A stretch of 64,000 bases of DNA, taken from Tubulanus polymorphus. Taxonomy: Eukaryota > Animalia > Nemertea. The stretch covers positions 3,247,950 through 3,311,949 of the forward strand of contig NC_134026.1 in NCBI RefSeq assembly GCF_964204645.1, read 5' to 3'. The notes below the pieces were generated by a model. That model had not been told where the DNA came from and ran no database searches. It was given only the letters and a program-made list of their open reading frames with translations. This document shows, piece after piece, positions 49,301 to 63,133 of the stretch. The translations under genes and the position numbers were made by a program. The stretch's first letter is position 1. Each line of letters starts with the position of its first letter.

Positions 49301-52300
49301 TCCTAACCTCCATTTGCTTGTGTTAAGGGTATATTATACTGCTAAACACCAAATTAGACCCAAGACCTTATTGTTATGTTATGAGTTAATTCCTTCAAAT
49401 ATGATGAACACTGGTCCTCAATTTGGGCGTCAAATTTTAGTTTTATTTTCAATTATCTGAAATATCAATGATCTTGACAATGACAATGTGAGATATAATG
49501 TGATGTCTGGCAGTATTCCTGAAGATGAATATTGAAAACTGATTTCGCAGTTCGGTATCAATTAGATCGATCCTGTATATTCAGCCTTAAAAATGTGCTA
49601 CGGATTTCGGATTCTAACCAATAGTTTATACCCCACACACAAACCATCTGTTGGGTTTATCAAAAAAAAAATTATACCGGACAAATGAAAATCCATTCAC
49701 GATTGTGCGCCCTATATTTCCTCTTAGTAACGGAAACGTCGCACAATATTCCATAATTCAAACTTGGCGCCGAAAACAACTTTGTATCAATCTGTGTCAT
49801 TGACCCTCTGCGCGACTCCCGGTTCTATTCTATTTGATTTTATCATTCTTTCGTTTGCAACTCGACCTATTGGTTTTGTGTTCGATTGAGTGCCACTGCA
49901 TTTCTAAATTGGCTATAATAACGATATTTCAGGGGGGTCAGGTGTATTCTAAACCGATCGTGAAACAAGTGTTCGTGAACTTTTTTCTATCCGATCAGGT
50001 GCATGCATGTAATTCATGAAAAAAAGGCTTTCATTCTTCAGTTGTCGAGGTTTTTTCAATGAATGTCTAATCACGCAGTGTTATTCTATTGAAATTTTAG
50101 AAGTGCAACTTTAGGCAAAAAAATCCTCCTTCATCAGAATAGACTTGGTCTAAGTGTCCGAAAGAGGTAGAAATAATTGAGCTTTGTATATTCGCTTGAA
50201 TGTTATTTAGTTGTTTATTTGCGTGCATTTGTTGTAATTCTTATTTAGTTTGATTATTTCATTTTCGCATGTTTTTAGTATGTTTTTAGTATAGTTAGCC
50301 TTGTATGTGATGATCTTTGTAGCATGCGTGTTCATTATTTCATGCCCGTTGTACTTTTATCATAAAGGAGTGGCTCGCTTCCAAACCAGCTTTCAATTCA
50401 AAGCATGGACTTTTCCCTGACAACAATTTTCAGTTAGAAATGTTGTATTTGTCACCCCTGTGATGTGTTTACAGATGCCTTGCCCGTTAGTGATAGCCTA
50501 CCCACCCGTATTCAGACATGTTTGGGAAACTGCCATTGTCTTTGCCTAGACACTACCCAGCAGGATACTGGTTTATGAAATAGCACCATATGCCACACAT
50601 ATATAGGCTATTTGAAAATTTGATGTCTGTCAAAAATATTCATCATAATTGAAGATTTAGTAAACATCAGTCATCTTTGATTATAGATTATCTACTTCCC
50701 ATTGTCCTAATCAGTAGATTATCACGGATTAGCCTAATCAGTATCAGCTAATTGTCACTTGTCTGACTAGAGTTCCCAAACTGCATGTGGTTTGTCTGAC
50801 TCTGGTTTAATGAGATTATAACTGAAACAATACTCATCAATTAAGCGGTCAGTTGTCAGCGTGTAGAAGTATGATTTTGTTTATTGAATCAAGTTGAGTT
50901 TGTTGGCAAAAATCAACAAAATATCCTTCCAACATTCTAAACTGTTTCTAGTTTTGTGCAATTTTTTTAAAAGCTATCCTCAATATTGCATGTTATCGCC
51001 ATAGTTAATGGTTTGTTCTTTAAACTGTCGAATAACTTATTTTTAACGAGATACAAGTATTTTGTGTTTTCTCTACTATTAATGGTTTATTCTTTCAACT
51101 CAAGTAATATAATGTTTTACAACTTCCCAATTAAAAAACAAGTTTCTAAAATAAAGAACCTTTCAAATTTCTCTTGCAATTCTGTGGCAAATAGGATTAA
51201 AGCCAATGTGCAGCTATCTCTATTGTAAAGGTGTTGATGAGTCTATTGTATATATGACCATATATCAACCCCAATTAGATTCTTACACTTGACAATTAAC
51301 AATTCTATGTATATGACAATTAGTCAGGACTGTGGAAAACATCCATGCAATACATAGAGGTCAGTTCGATTGTTTTCCTCAGAACAAGTGACAAACTCAG
51401 CGCTGAACACAGATCAGTACTTTGCCATGTTTCTACAACAACTGTTTTTATGTTGATGAGAATTCATAACCAAGCTATCTGACACGATGTCCACTCAGTG
51501 ATAGTATATATACGCGCATCTCTAGTTTGGATTACATTCAGTCTATGGATAGGTTTCAACCTGAACACTTAGAATATCCGACTATGTCCGAGTGTTATTG
51601 TAAAGTTCTGTGCTCCGTATTTAAACAAAACGTATCTTTAATCAGGTACTGGCGGTTTTGCGTTGAAAGTTGAAAGTATATTTTTGTTGCAATTTTTGAG
51701 ACGAGTTTCTTAACGGATGTTTTCTATTCCAGTCGACCGAAACCGACAACTCTACTTAGGAAAATTCAATCGATGCCACAAAATGGGGTAAGTACATGAA
51801 ATTTGAGTACATTTGATATCATACTTCATTTTAACTGAAGTATGAATAATTTCTTATCGCCGTATGATATCAATTTAATTTCTTCTTCTCTCTTACAGTT
51901 TTACAGTCCTCTATCATTATTTGAGGACGCTCAAAGGATGGGTACTGTGCCTCTTAGTCCTAAATTTCCGAGTCCTCATGCAAAGTACACTAGCGGTAGT
52001 TTTGTTTTCCACGATGAGAGCTCTCATGACAGCGGTCTCGGGGACAGTCATTCCTGCAAGGTATCCATTCATTTTAGTTTTCTTCTACTATAGTTTTGTA
52101 AGGAATAGAAATGAATTTTAAGAATTTTAGGATTTCGTGGTTTCATTACTTGCTCTAAGAATGCTGATAATCATTTCTTGTTTTCTTTTTTTTCTGAAGG
52201 ATGAAGATTTCCACTTTACAGCACCAGTTGGTATGCCCCCTCGTAGCAATAAGAAACATTTCAACGATGATACCTGTTCACCTTTCAGTTATTCACCTCT

Positions 52301-54702
52301 CAATAAAGAAAAACGTGGCAATCAGCTACCTCCAACTTGTCTCGTAAGTCCTCAAAGAAACCATATTTTAGTTCATGAATAAGAAGAAATGGATTCAGTA
52401 TGTTTGCATTCCTCTTGCCTTGTGTTTTCACACACAGGTGCTCAAAATGATAGAAATCTCAATAGGAAATTCTGAAATAAAACTTCCGTGTATACTGAAC
52501 TTAATTTTGATCAGAGTTTTTTAATCCTTGAGAGACATATAGAAAAACCATGATTAACCATCAACTTGAAATGAAGTTAGGATTGACTTGAAATAAGGTG
52601 AAAATGCATCTATGGTGTGTAATATGTTGAATATATGACCACGATTTGTGTTTCTATTTAATAGTTCTCGCCCGATGAGAAACCTCTGTGCGCTAGCCCG
52701 CAAATCATGAAGAAAAAGAGAATTCCGTTAAAAACGCTGATGTCATCGGATTCGAACATCAGCGTCGACGAGGACGACGGCTTTCTAGAAATGATGGACG
52801 ATATCGACGAAATGGACGACGTCAACAAAGTCTCCGGTTTAAAAGATCTCATTAAAGCTCCGATTCTTTCGTCGACGTGTAGCTTCGCCGAGGCTAAGAA
52901 ATCTCATGACAACAGAGAAAATATCTCCCCGCCTTGGAAGGTAATAAGTCTTTTCCGTTTGAATCGGATTCTGTTCGTGTTTGTCGGACTTGTTTCAACG
53001 TTTGACTTCATTCGTTACTTAATTGAACTGGTAATTTCTCTCATTTCAGAAACGCGTTTTACCGCGTGGACTGTTCCGATCGCCGAGTGCTCCTCGCTTG
53101 AATTTGGAGCAGGCGTACGAAAGAGGGCGGCCATCTTTCAAACGTCCGGACCCGCCGCGTGATGATCTCACTCCTGTGCTATCTAAACGTAGGAAAAGCG
53201 TACCAAATTTGACTGATGAAGCCGAAAGCAATATAAGTCCTCGAAGTGTAAGTATTTCTCGCGATATAGCAAATTTTCTGATGGAATATTAATTGAAGTT
53301 GTAATAAATGGTGAGATAAAAGCGTTCTGGTGCGGTTCATTCCATGTATGCGTAGTGTTATAGTTTTATGTTCTTTTATTTCTAGTTGGCTGCTAAAGTT
53401 GAACGGTGCAATACAGACAATGAACTCGTCATCAAATCAGCTCTAAGCAGAGGTAGGTTAAGTCCAAATCTTTTTGAAGATTTTACCAAATCGGCCGTAC
53501 TGAAAACTGTATAAAATGTAATCCGATAGATGGTTCATAGATTTGTGAATTTGTGTTTGTTTTAGGTGCTATAGATTCGAACTTGATTGGTGATTGCAGT
53601 AGGGTAGGTATTCTCATAATTCTGCTGTGTTTGTCAGTTAGAGTCATAGTAAAAACTGCAAATTTTGAACTGATCAAAAACCATTTATTTGATGTTTGCA
53701 TATTTCTTGTATTTTATAGGCTTACTGTCTTCCGCATGTACGTGGAAATCATTCCGACTTGAAATACATCACACCAGACACAGTATGTATTTAACCATTG
53801 ATCTGTGGGGAAAGAATGTTTACAAAAATTTCAGGTTCCTGAACCAATATTTTGTACTTTTACAGTTGGCTGATTTAGTTGATGGTAAATATGGTGATAT
53901 TGTAGAGCAGTTTCACATAGCTGACTGTCGCTATCCATACGAGTTTAATGGTGGACATATCAAGGTAAGAAGACAATCAGACTTCTTTGATGTCTCCTGT
54001 TATGAACATTTCTCTTTCAAAATTTGTTGTCCTGAACCGTAAATTTTTTCCTATCTATTGAGATGACCTTTTCAAAACCTTTTCTTAATGTTTGAATTTT
54101 AGGGTGCTAAGAATTTATATTCTCGTGAGGATATCAAAAGAGAATACCTCGAAAATCGAAAAACAGTCACAGACAAAAACAAACGATTGGTCATCATATT
54201 CCACTGTGAATTTTCTTCGGAACGAGGACCAAAACTGTAAGCATATCAAGAGAGCTGTTTGTAACTTATGTTTAGGTTTTCCTAGGAATTTTTGATAGAA
54301 TCCTCCCAACTACTTTCCATGATGGAAATTGTCTTCCCTTTGAAAGTATTTCTTTGGCCGTCTCAGAATTTTAGTATCCCAGTTATTCAGGAAATTTGAA
54401 GTTAGTGGAATTTTCAGTTGTGAGATTTTGTGTCAATTTTTAGATCGCGTTATTTGAGAGGAGAAGATCGTACAGTGAACGCAGCTGACTACCCGGCGCT
54501 CTATTACCCGGAGATTTATCTCTTGGAAGGCGGATACAAGGCTTTCTACAATCAGACTCATCTGCGCGACTTGTGCGAACCTCAAGCGTACACGCCGATG
54601 TTACACGAAGATTACACGCAGGATCTTAAGCATTTCCGCGCGAAATCGAAATCGTGGAATGGCGAGAAGAGCAACCGATTTAAAACCGGTCGAAAATATT
54701 AA
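43335..54702 (+). CDS. CDC25: M-phase inducer phosphatase (CDC25/string)
   Basis: Exons 43335-43525, 51733-51787, 51899-52060, 52200-52343, 52665-52940, 53050-53247, 53386-53452, 53566-53603, 53720-53782, 53866-53964, 54103-54236, 54444-54702 are phase-compatible. Motifs: SPMTNLA, degron DSGLGDS, DDGFLE, 14-3-3 site LFRSPSAP, DCRYPYEFNGGHI, catalytic HCEFSSERGP, YPEIYLLEGGY. Extra small exons in the 8.2-kb intron cannot be excluded. Confidence 0.95.
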
Positions 54703-57700
54703 CGAAAGGAGAACATAGTCAATTACGATAAATGATAATAGCGTAGACAAAGAGAGGGACTTAGTTGCTATCGAAACGTTGAAATGTGCAAATTATTTTA
54801 TTGTTACAAATGAAGTCTGTTACACAGGCTTTAATTGTTATCTTGTACAAATCTATTAATATTATTATTGTGTACATAACGAATTATTAATATAATTTAT
54901 TATTTATGGGTCGTTGTTTCGACCCGGCAGAAATATAAATTCATACGCCTTCATATTCTGAAAATCCTCAAAATCCTACCATATTTAGAACTATGTAACG
55001 TAATCGTAGATATGCTGTTATTGTTGGTTTTTTGTGCGATCGTGCTTAGATTTCTCGTAGTTCGTTTGACATTGTCATAATTGTCTTAAGAATTTCTACC
55101 GAGTAATTCGCGTTCGCTGTCACGTTACGATAACAATCAAATTTAGTGTTTTTTCGCACATTTTTTGCGCTAATTCGGCTGAATTATCCCAAACATCTGA
55201 AATTGGAGTGCTATACGCAGTTGTTTGTCAGAAGAACTTTTCCGTGCTGTTAAAAAGCCGAATTAGTGAAAAATTATATAGAATTTGAACATATTTACGA
55301 TTACATTTCATGTTTTTACCTCCATCATCAGCTGACTATATTCAATCAGATCAAAAACTTGTCTCAGTCATGAACAGTATTTCCGTGTTAGGGTTATCCA
55401 TTTATTAACAGGCACAATGGGAAGTATTTGAAATATTCTTTTCATGCTGATAAATGGATGACTCTTGATTTTATTAGTTTTTAGGAGCAGATGGCTATTT
55501 GATCTCGAGGTTGATGTGAATCATTGATTGTTAGATTTTAGGTAGATTTAAGTTGGTGATTTCAAAGCTTTTTTAAACGTATAGAAACTAGGTAATTGAT
55601 GAATAAAAAGAAGACCGTTTTGTCACATTGACAATGTTATGTGAGAATATTTTATAGAACAAAGGTTTCCATCTTATACGTAGCCGGTATATGAAGTATG
55701 AATTATGAGTTTTACGTACTAGAAGAAATGTACGTGTGTATTATACCAATTCAATATATGTAAAGTAGGTTTCGGTTAGGTTAGTATCATTATTCTTGTG
55801 AGAATGATTTTCCTTTGAAAAGTTTCTCAAATTAATTCGTTGAATTGAGTAGTCTTGTACATTTTAATCAAGAAATGCTGCATTTGCTTTGAAAAGATTT
55901 GAACTGAAGGAGAATTATTGTTTCCAGTTTATCGTCATAATAATATAGGAATTTTCTAGTGTACATTTGGTGTATACTAAATTATTAATATCTTTGAACG
56001 CACTTAATTTATATAGTTAAAAAATGTTGAAAAAAAAATATTTAAAAAAGATGTTGAACTTACCATATTTGAGTTCAAGGCGCTGAAGCCCTAGTCAAGT
56101 CAGAATAGATTGATATATCCTCAAAAAGGTGGTTAGGATGCCTTGCGAGCTGCCAAATAAGAGATTCACGCATTTATTAATTACAATATGTAGATGTTAG
56201 GATGTAGGTTAATTTATTTTTTGAAGGAATTAACGGCTTGGAAAGTATAAAAGTACGAAATAAGTAAACCTCAAGCATGAAAATATTTATAAAGAAGTAG
56301 TTATGTGTGGTAAGTGTGGAAATATTGCTGCGTGATTTTTTTTGTATTTACTTTGAGTGTGAATTTTTGAAATGTAGTCTGTAAAATAGGGTTTGAATAT
56401 AGTGTATGTATTGTATTAGGTAATTAGTATTTATCAACGTGTGTAACCTTGGCGTCCGTGGATCAAGCTTCACACACGCAATCAAATCGATGACAGGACT
56501 TCTTGTTTTGTGAAACTGATCCTCGATCCATGCGTTCACGAATTATTTGATTCAGAATATTTTTCGGATCGTCTTATATCTTAAGGTCCACGAGGATTTT
56601 CTGAATGTATTTGTAATTTTTTATGCATTTTGTGTTTTCAACTATATATTTGCATGAATGATAGAAGCTCACAATTTAAGTAGCATTAGGTTTTTACTGT
56701 ATCTTAGTTACAGAACGGTAATTGAGTACTACACACAGACATTCGATTACATTTTTTGATAAGTGAAGAGTTTTTTCTATAAAAAGAAACTAGAACAAAC
56801 GACGATAATAACAATTTTAGGTTTTTATTTAGGAGAAGGATTTATAAGCATTAAAAGCATGTTGGAAAGTCAGTTATACTGGGCGTATTGTATCTAGCGA
56901 GTCCCCCAGTGAAATTCTGCAGTGGTTTGGTATAATTCAGTATGGTACATGATTTTATCGAGAAATCTACGAATATTTTATTCTCAGGGACTTGATATAA
57001 GATATTTGTTTCATTTTGTATGTAATTAGTATTACTTCTTATGGTATTGTTTACTAGGAATAACGGTGGTAAGATCTGTAAAGTTCGGTTTTAATAATTT
57101 GATTTTCATCAATTTTAATATCAAATAGTACTTCTTCGTCCTAATTCAGGAGCGATTTTAACTATCATTGTCATCACTTCATTCATGATATATTTATTTA
57201 TCTGAAATAAATCGAAAACTATCTGCAATATAAGTGTGTCTAGTTCATTGTGACTGTTTTACCTACAAGCATGTGTTCATTTGGATCTTTAATTTTCATC
57301 CCTAACCAAAGTTTTTGGTATGATGAAGAGAGTGCATATTATTGCTACTATTAGAATATGGAGAGATAAGGCGACACTAATTCACTATTTCAACTACCTG
57401 GCCTCAGCAGCATTGTCATCTCAGAAGTCCGGATATTAGTTGCAAGATGGTCAGCACCTCTTAAATGATGTCCCAGCTCCACTGTCGATACAAGTGAAAA
57501 CAAATGATCCTCACAATCTCTGATTGCTGATCTCTCTTCGAGAAAGTGATCAAGTTGTCTAAAACCTCAAAGCAGAATTAAAAACCCTCAAAAATGATTA
57601 CCTTTTATAGTATAAAATAGCAGTTTTATTATCGGATGGATCAATTTGTATAAGTTGTTGGAATGTGAATGTAATACATATTACGATACAATATAAAACG

Positions 57701-58977
57701 TATGCAAATTCCAGATTTGTATACATAATTTGATGAATACTGGAAGTGACAGTTACCTCCGTGTTGTTAACTGAAAAAAGAGAATAACATTGGATGGATT
57801 TGAGATATCACTAGTGCCTGTTAACGCACTAAATTTTGGAAGCAATTGCAATGAAAAACGACGATGATATTACAAGTTTTTTTAATGATATGTTAACAAC
57901 ATGATCATCGTATTGAGATTGATGACAGACGCAAAAAGAATTTCTCACATATTTTATCCAATACATATTACATACAGACATCGATCTACTTTTTTTACAT
58001 GTATACCAGGGTAACACATTTCTGCATAATCCTCTCAAAAACATATGCTGATTTATCCCAGTGGCAAATTTACCAGCTTTCCCCTAAAAAATGACACAAA
58101 CTGTTTACCATAAATAGCAACATTTCATAAATGCTCGAATGATTTATTGCCACACCCCACAACATTGGGCATATGTTGGTTGATTCCTTTTGAGATTTCG
58201 TAAATAAAGTTAAGAATGAGAAGGAAATGACTACTCTTCTTAACAGTAACAGACAAAACTGATCCAAATTACAGCCCATTATCCTTAACAATATTCTTTT
58301 GATTTTCACCACAAAATTTAGTGAATCTTCCATAGTGATGTATCAGATGGCCTATTCCCCAAAATTAAATTGACACCACTCCTTAAGATGATCCAAATAT
58401 CTAATAAAGTGGTTGAATATAGTGTAGGTGCAAAACTACTCTAAATGAAACATACTAGGCCTACATATATTCATAAAAGGTTTGTGACATAAGAACATTC
58501 CATTGTTTTCATTAATACATCACAGTACAAAATTGTATGTACACCTCTCAACAAGAGTTAGAACAAATAATAAGACAATACAAAAACATATGAGAGAAAT
58601 GCATAAAAGCACAATAAAACTATCGCTTAAAACTTTGATGGCATAGTGAAGTATTTGTTTTAAAAATTTTCAGTCGTGAATTGCCACATGATTGACCCGA
58701 AATATTTCAATTTTGTCGCCTTGATATTAACAATAACCGTTAAATATATACCGGTACGCGTTACAATTCAGCTATACAACTAATCACACAAATAGATACA
58801 AAAATAACTCCGCGTTGGGAGAAATTTATCAATATTAGAAAAGTTTGATTTCGTCCAATTTCGAAAATGATATCGGGAAGAAGGTTTCGTTTGATAAGCG
58901 ATATAGGTCACAACCACGTTTAAACAGCAGTTGTTTGATTTTTCACATATAATACCGTTTATTCAATTTAAACCCCA

Positions 58978-61900
58978 TCAATACATCATGACACCGTCCA
59001 TCGGAGCTTTATTCATCGACGAATTATACTTGATCGGTCGCAGACGCGTTCCGGACGCGTAAACAAATCCGAGATTCAGGAAAAAACACGGAATCGAACA
59101 AACCATAAACCAGAACGAATAGCTCAAATACGTTCGATCGGTGGATACCCAGTAGTTGTCTTTCTCTGCCTGCGTCAACACGTTCACTTTGATGTACTTC
59201 TCGTTCATCACGACGAACAGGATTACCGATATCAAACTGCAAATACCTGAAAATAGAAATATCGATAAGTGAAAATCCGACCACAGATTCACAGGTTTCT
59301 TTATCAGGTTGGCCACTTTCCACCCATTTAAAAAACCCCTGATTTTTCCACGTGATAACGAGTGAATCAAAGAAATTTCTAAGTTTAAAATGTTACAATT
59401 CATTCATGTTTCATTGAAAAGCATCATCCAAATTCCCTGATTTCTCCAGGTTTTTGTAAAATTTGTCAAATTCCCTGAGTCTTCAGGTGGAAAATGCACA
59501 ACATCTTTTTTCATATTACTATGGGCATGGAAGCATAAATGGCCGCGCTAACGGCAAAATTGAAAATAATTGTCATTAATTGAGTTCAGTAATTGACAAA
59601 GATTGATCAACTACAAAAACTAAATAATTCTTAGCATAAACAAGGTGTTAGGGTGTAGATATCTAGCTGATATAGTATTAGGTTATTGATCATTTGATCC
59701 GAGTACTATGAGTTCCTAAACGCCTATAGCTATCCCAGAGGGTGGTAGTAATCAAGCCTAATTCCTATCAAATCTGTGAGACTTATATGGTATCGTAATT
59801 AGTCATATGTTTCAAATCATGGAAATTTGTCATAGTTTATATCTAGATTGGAATAGTATTACGATACTATGTTTATATGAATTGGATTGTGAGCATTCTA
59901 GCAAACTATCACAAAATGCTGACAATTTGCAAATGTCAAGACCGTTCATTTACGTATAAAATCTATTTTTGTATGATTCTGGGTAAATGTCTAGAACGCT
60001 CACTGGTCCGCCCACATATCAGTTAGATATTGTCATTGTTTGATAATGACAGATGCCGATAACTCTTACGCCCGACATAATTTCACTGTTTCCATGTGCA
60101 TATCTTCAAAATATACACATCATCAGGTGGAATTTGTCAATTATGAACAGGTGCACATGAATATTATACCCTCTCATCAGGTAGAAACATTTCCATTCAC
60201 TTTCCTTAAGTAGTTTACAACAGTCGAGGTTTAGTTTTATTGTGAACACATTGCATCAAGAATTGATCACTTGAGAAACTTAATGGCTTTTCCATCATGC
60301 CTATTAAAAACTGTCAAGTCTGCAGTCTGTAGTCATGAATTTCAAATAGAAAAAAATCTACTTTCACATGTTTGACAACGACGATTTCCATTCAAAGGTT
60401 GCGCACGTTGAAGTACAATAGATGCCTATATGCATATACATAAGAAATCAATACGGTTCACTATTATCATTACTCAGTAACGTGGCAACTCTTACCTGCC
60501 AGTGTATTCCAGATATAGAGCCCCATCGGTCCCGTAATCGTTTCAATCGGTCTCGTATTGAGATTCAATATGGTAAATGCCATTACTACGATCGCCCAGG
60601 CTATTGCGAGGGCCGCGAATATCAGCGTCGATACCCATAGTCCGAAATCGAACAAGCCGAACTCTTGGATGCCCTCAGCAACTGAAATTAATTAAACGAG
60701 AGTATTGATTATTACGAATGATTGGGTAGCATTTCACAGTGCTGCGTTATAATTATGTTATACATATATATTATTCATGTAGTTCTTTTGATATTTGATA
60801 GCGAAACACGCAATGAAAAATATGTTTCCAATACTGTGAAAACTCTTTGACGAGGTTGTCTGGGATTAGGTGTACATTTTGCATATAGGATGGATCCATG
60901 ACCAATTTTAACCTAAGGTTTACATGCCATGCTTCAATCTTTTTCAACTTAGTTTCAAATTGTTTGAATGAAGGATGTTGCAAGGAATCCAGGTAACAAC
61001 GCCAGAGGAAATAACGCCATAATTTTACCTCTGGCATTTTACCTGTGGAATGTTTTTACGTCTGACATCATCACCGCTTAACCCTTCCAGGTGCTGCGTT
61101 CACCAATGTATTATTTTCGCTGATATTGGGTAAATCTGGCCACACCTTTTATAAATGAGCTTTTTACTGCAGATTTCTATTCACTTAGTCATCAATTAGT
61201 TCCAAGCCAAATCTAGCAATCACATATTATTCTACCACAATTCCCAGCCAGGTAGTCAATCAAAAAGGGCTGAAATTCCGTTTATTCATTTTTTTAAAAT
61301 TTTCTACCTGACTGCGAAGGACTAGTCGATGCGTGAATATAGTGAATTATTAATGGTAAAACAATAATTACGAATGTGGTAAATATACCGTAGGCGCGGG
61401 CCAAAAAAATAATCAATACCCATTTAAAATAGGCCTGCAACACACATTTACAGATCTGCAGTATTAATCATATGAATACGATGCAGCTGTGGTGCTTTGT
61501 TTACCATAATCATTTAAAGGTTCAAAGCTGAATTGGATTGGTTCTGTTACACAATAATCGGATTAATGATGATCAGGTTTAATCCCATTCCAGATGAACC
61601 TAGGGCTAAAAATGATACCTTGAGAAATATGAACACAGAAATATGTTGATGTGTATAAGATAAAACTGTGACCAATTCAGGGACTAGAATCTAAAACGTA
61701 GAAGCCATTTCCACCACTTGCGGACTAGAATGATTACCATAATAAATAGGGAGTATTGGATTAAATGTAACACATGATATGAGAATTTGATCCTATATAT
61801 TGATATCCAGCAACTTCCATGATTAATTACTAAATGGGTGGATCATCAGTTTTTAGATCAACAATCAGATTTTTACATCCTCCTTTTAAACATGTTCAAA

Positions 61901-62612
61901 AGCATAAACGCTACCATATGTTAGGTATCAACGGGCTGTGAAATAACAGGAGAGTTCTAATATTCTGTTGCAACTGAATGGAATTCAATGCGAAGTGAGG
62001 TGATATATTGTGAACTCATGCAAAATTCATTAAAAGAATACAACATTATATTGTGAAGCACCTGTCGAGTTTTCATAAGTCGCGATTCTGTCTTGAATTT
62101 CAGCGACTCGTAACTGGTCGGTTGTCTTTGTGCTAAGACCACAAACATTTTCAACCCGCAAACACGCAGCTGTTCGAATTGAGTAAGAAGAATTATTCTT
62201 ATAAGAATGAAAGCGTAATAAGTGACCGCTCTTAAGTGTATCGGGTCACCTGTACTTTTAAATGAAAGGCGGCTCAAGTCGGGCTTTCACACGGCAGGAG
62301 AGCGCCAGTAACCCTTACTTAGATCTCAGGTCTATACTTACTCCACATTTCTTTCTCTCTTCCCTCCGATCCGAAGCCGTAGTTCAACTGTTTTTTGCCG
62401 TAAAACAACCCGAAATGCATCGTGCCTTGAAATTTATCTTTGTCGTATTTTCCCGAGACTTTCACCGCCTCTAATTTGATGGTTTCGTTGATGTTACGGT
62501 ACGGGTAAGCCTCGATCCAGAAGGTCGTCGCCAGCGCCGCGATTATCAACCCAGCGGCTAACACGGCGATTACGAATACGATGAAAATACAGCATCTTTT
62601 TCGTTTGTCCAT
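58978..62612 (-). CDS. Clarin-family tetraspan membrane protein
   Basis: Three exons 62612-62342, 60681-60496, 59246-58978 (both introns phase 1). Four hydrophobic segments; clarin-like motifs HFGLFYG, PIETITGPMGLYIWN, YSFW and C-terminal DGVMMY. Not assignable to CLRN1, 2 or 3. Confidence 0.85.
59305..59492 (+). mobile_element. Degenerate copy of the 39662-39878 element family
   Basis: Starts caggttggcc...cccattta; shares aaattccctga subrepeats and tttg(a/t)caaattccc. Confidence 0.55.
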
Positions 62613-63133
62613 GTCGATACCGATGGTATAATGGGCTTGGTACAACCAACAAAAGTTGAAAAATCTGGATGGAAAAGCAACTACTCACTCCCCTCAGCAC
62701 AGCAGTCAATCAAAGCAGACTCCGAATCCGATCCAGTGAAAATCAAAATCTTAAATCTTTCCCATACGAAAAACAATTGCACAGAAATCCTAAGACACCA
62801 GGAATTACGAAGTGCATAGTTCTAAGATGAATTTGGGTGAAATTCGAGTTAATTTTCGATGAAATCCGCGATGAATTCAACTTTCCATGACTTTCCTCCC
62901 TGTTGTTTACAGCACCTGTCAAGTTGAGGTGTACCGACGATTGATGTAATTATCGAAAAAAGGAGTTACACTAAATTGTCTAAAATGTAGCTATAAGTAG
63001 AGTTCATTCATGATAAATCGAAGATAATAACTGGATTAATTTTCTTATCAATATCCGGTTGCATATGTTAGGTTTGATGGACAAATCATATCTAAAAACC
63101 TAATATTTTCGCAACAGGACAAAGGTGGCCAAG

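Noticed and set aside
52061-52199. CDC25 intron starting GTATCCAT, resembling a U12 donor
   Set aside because: Mismatch to GTATCCTT, no TCCTTAAC branch point, and a normal long polypyrimidine tract; treated as U2.
54703-57215. CPE, ARE and Pumilio-like motifs in the CDC25 3'UTR (also PRC1, SLBP and PNRC UTRs)
   Set aside because: Plausible biologically, but these short AT-rich motifs cannot be told from background without conservation data.
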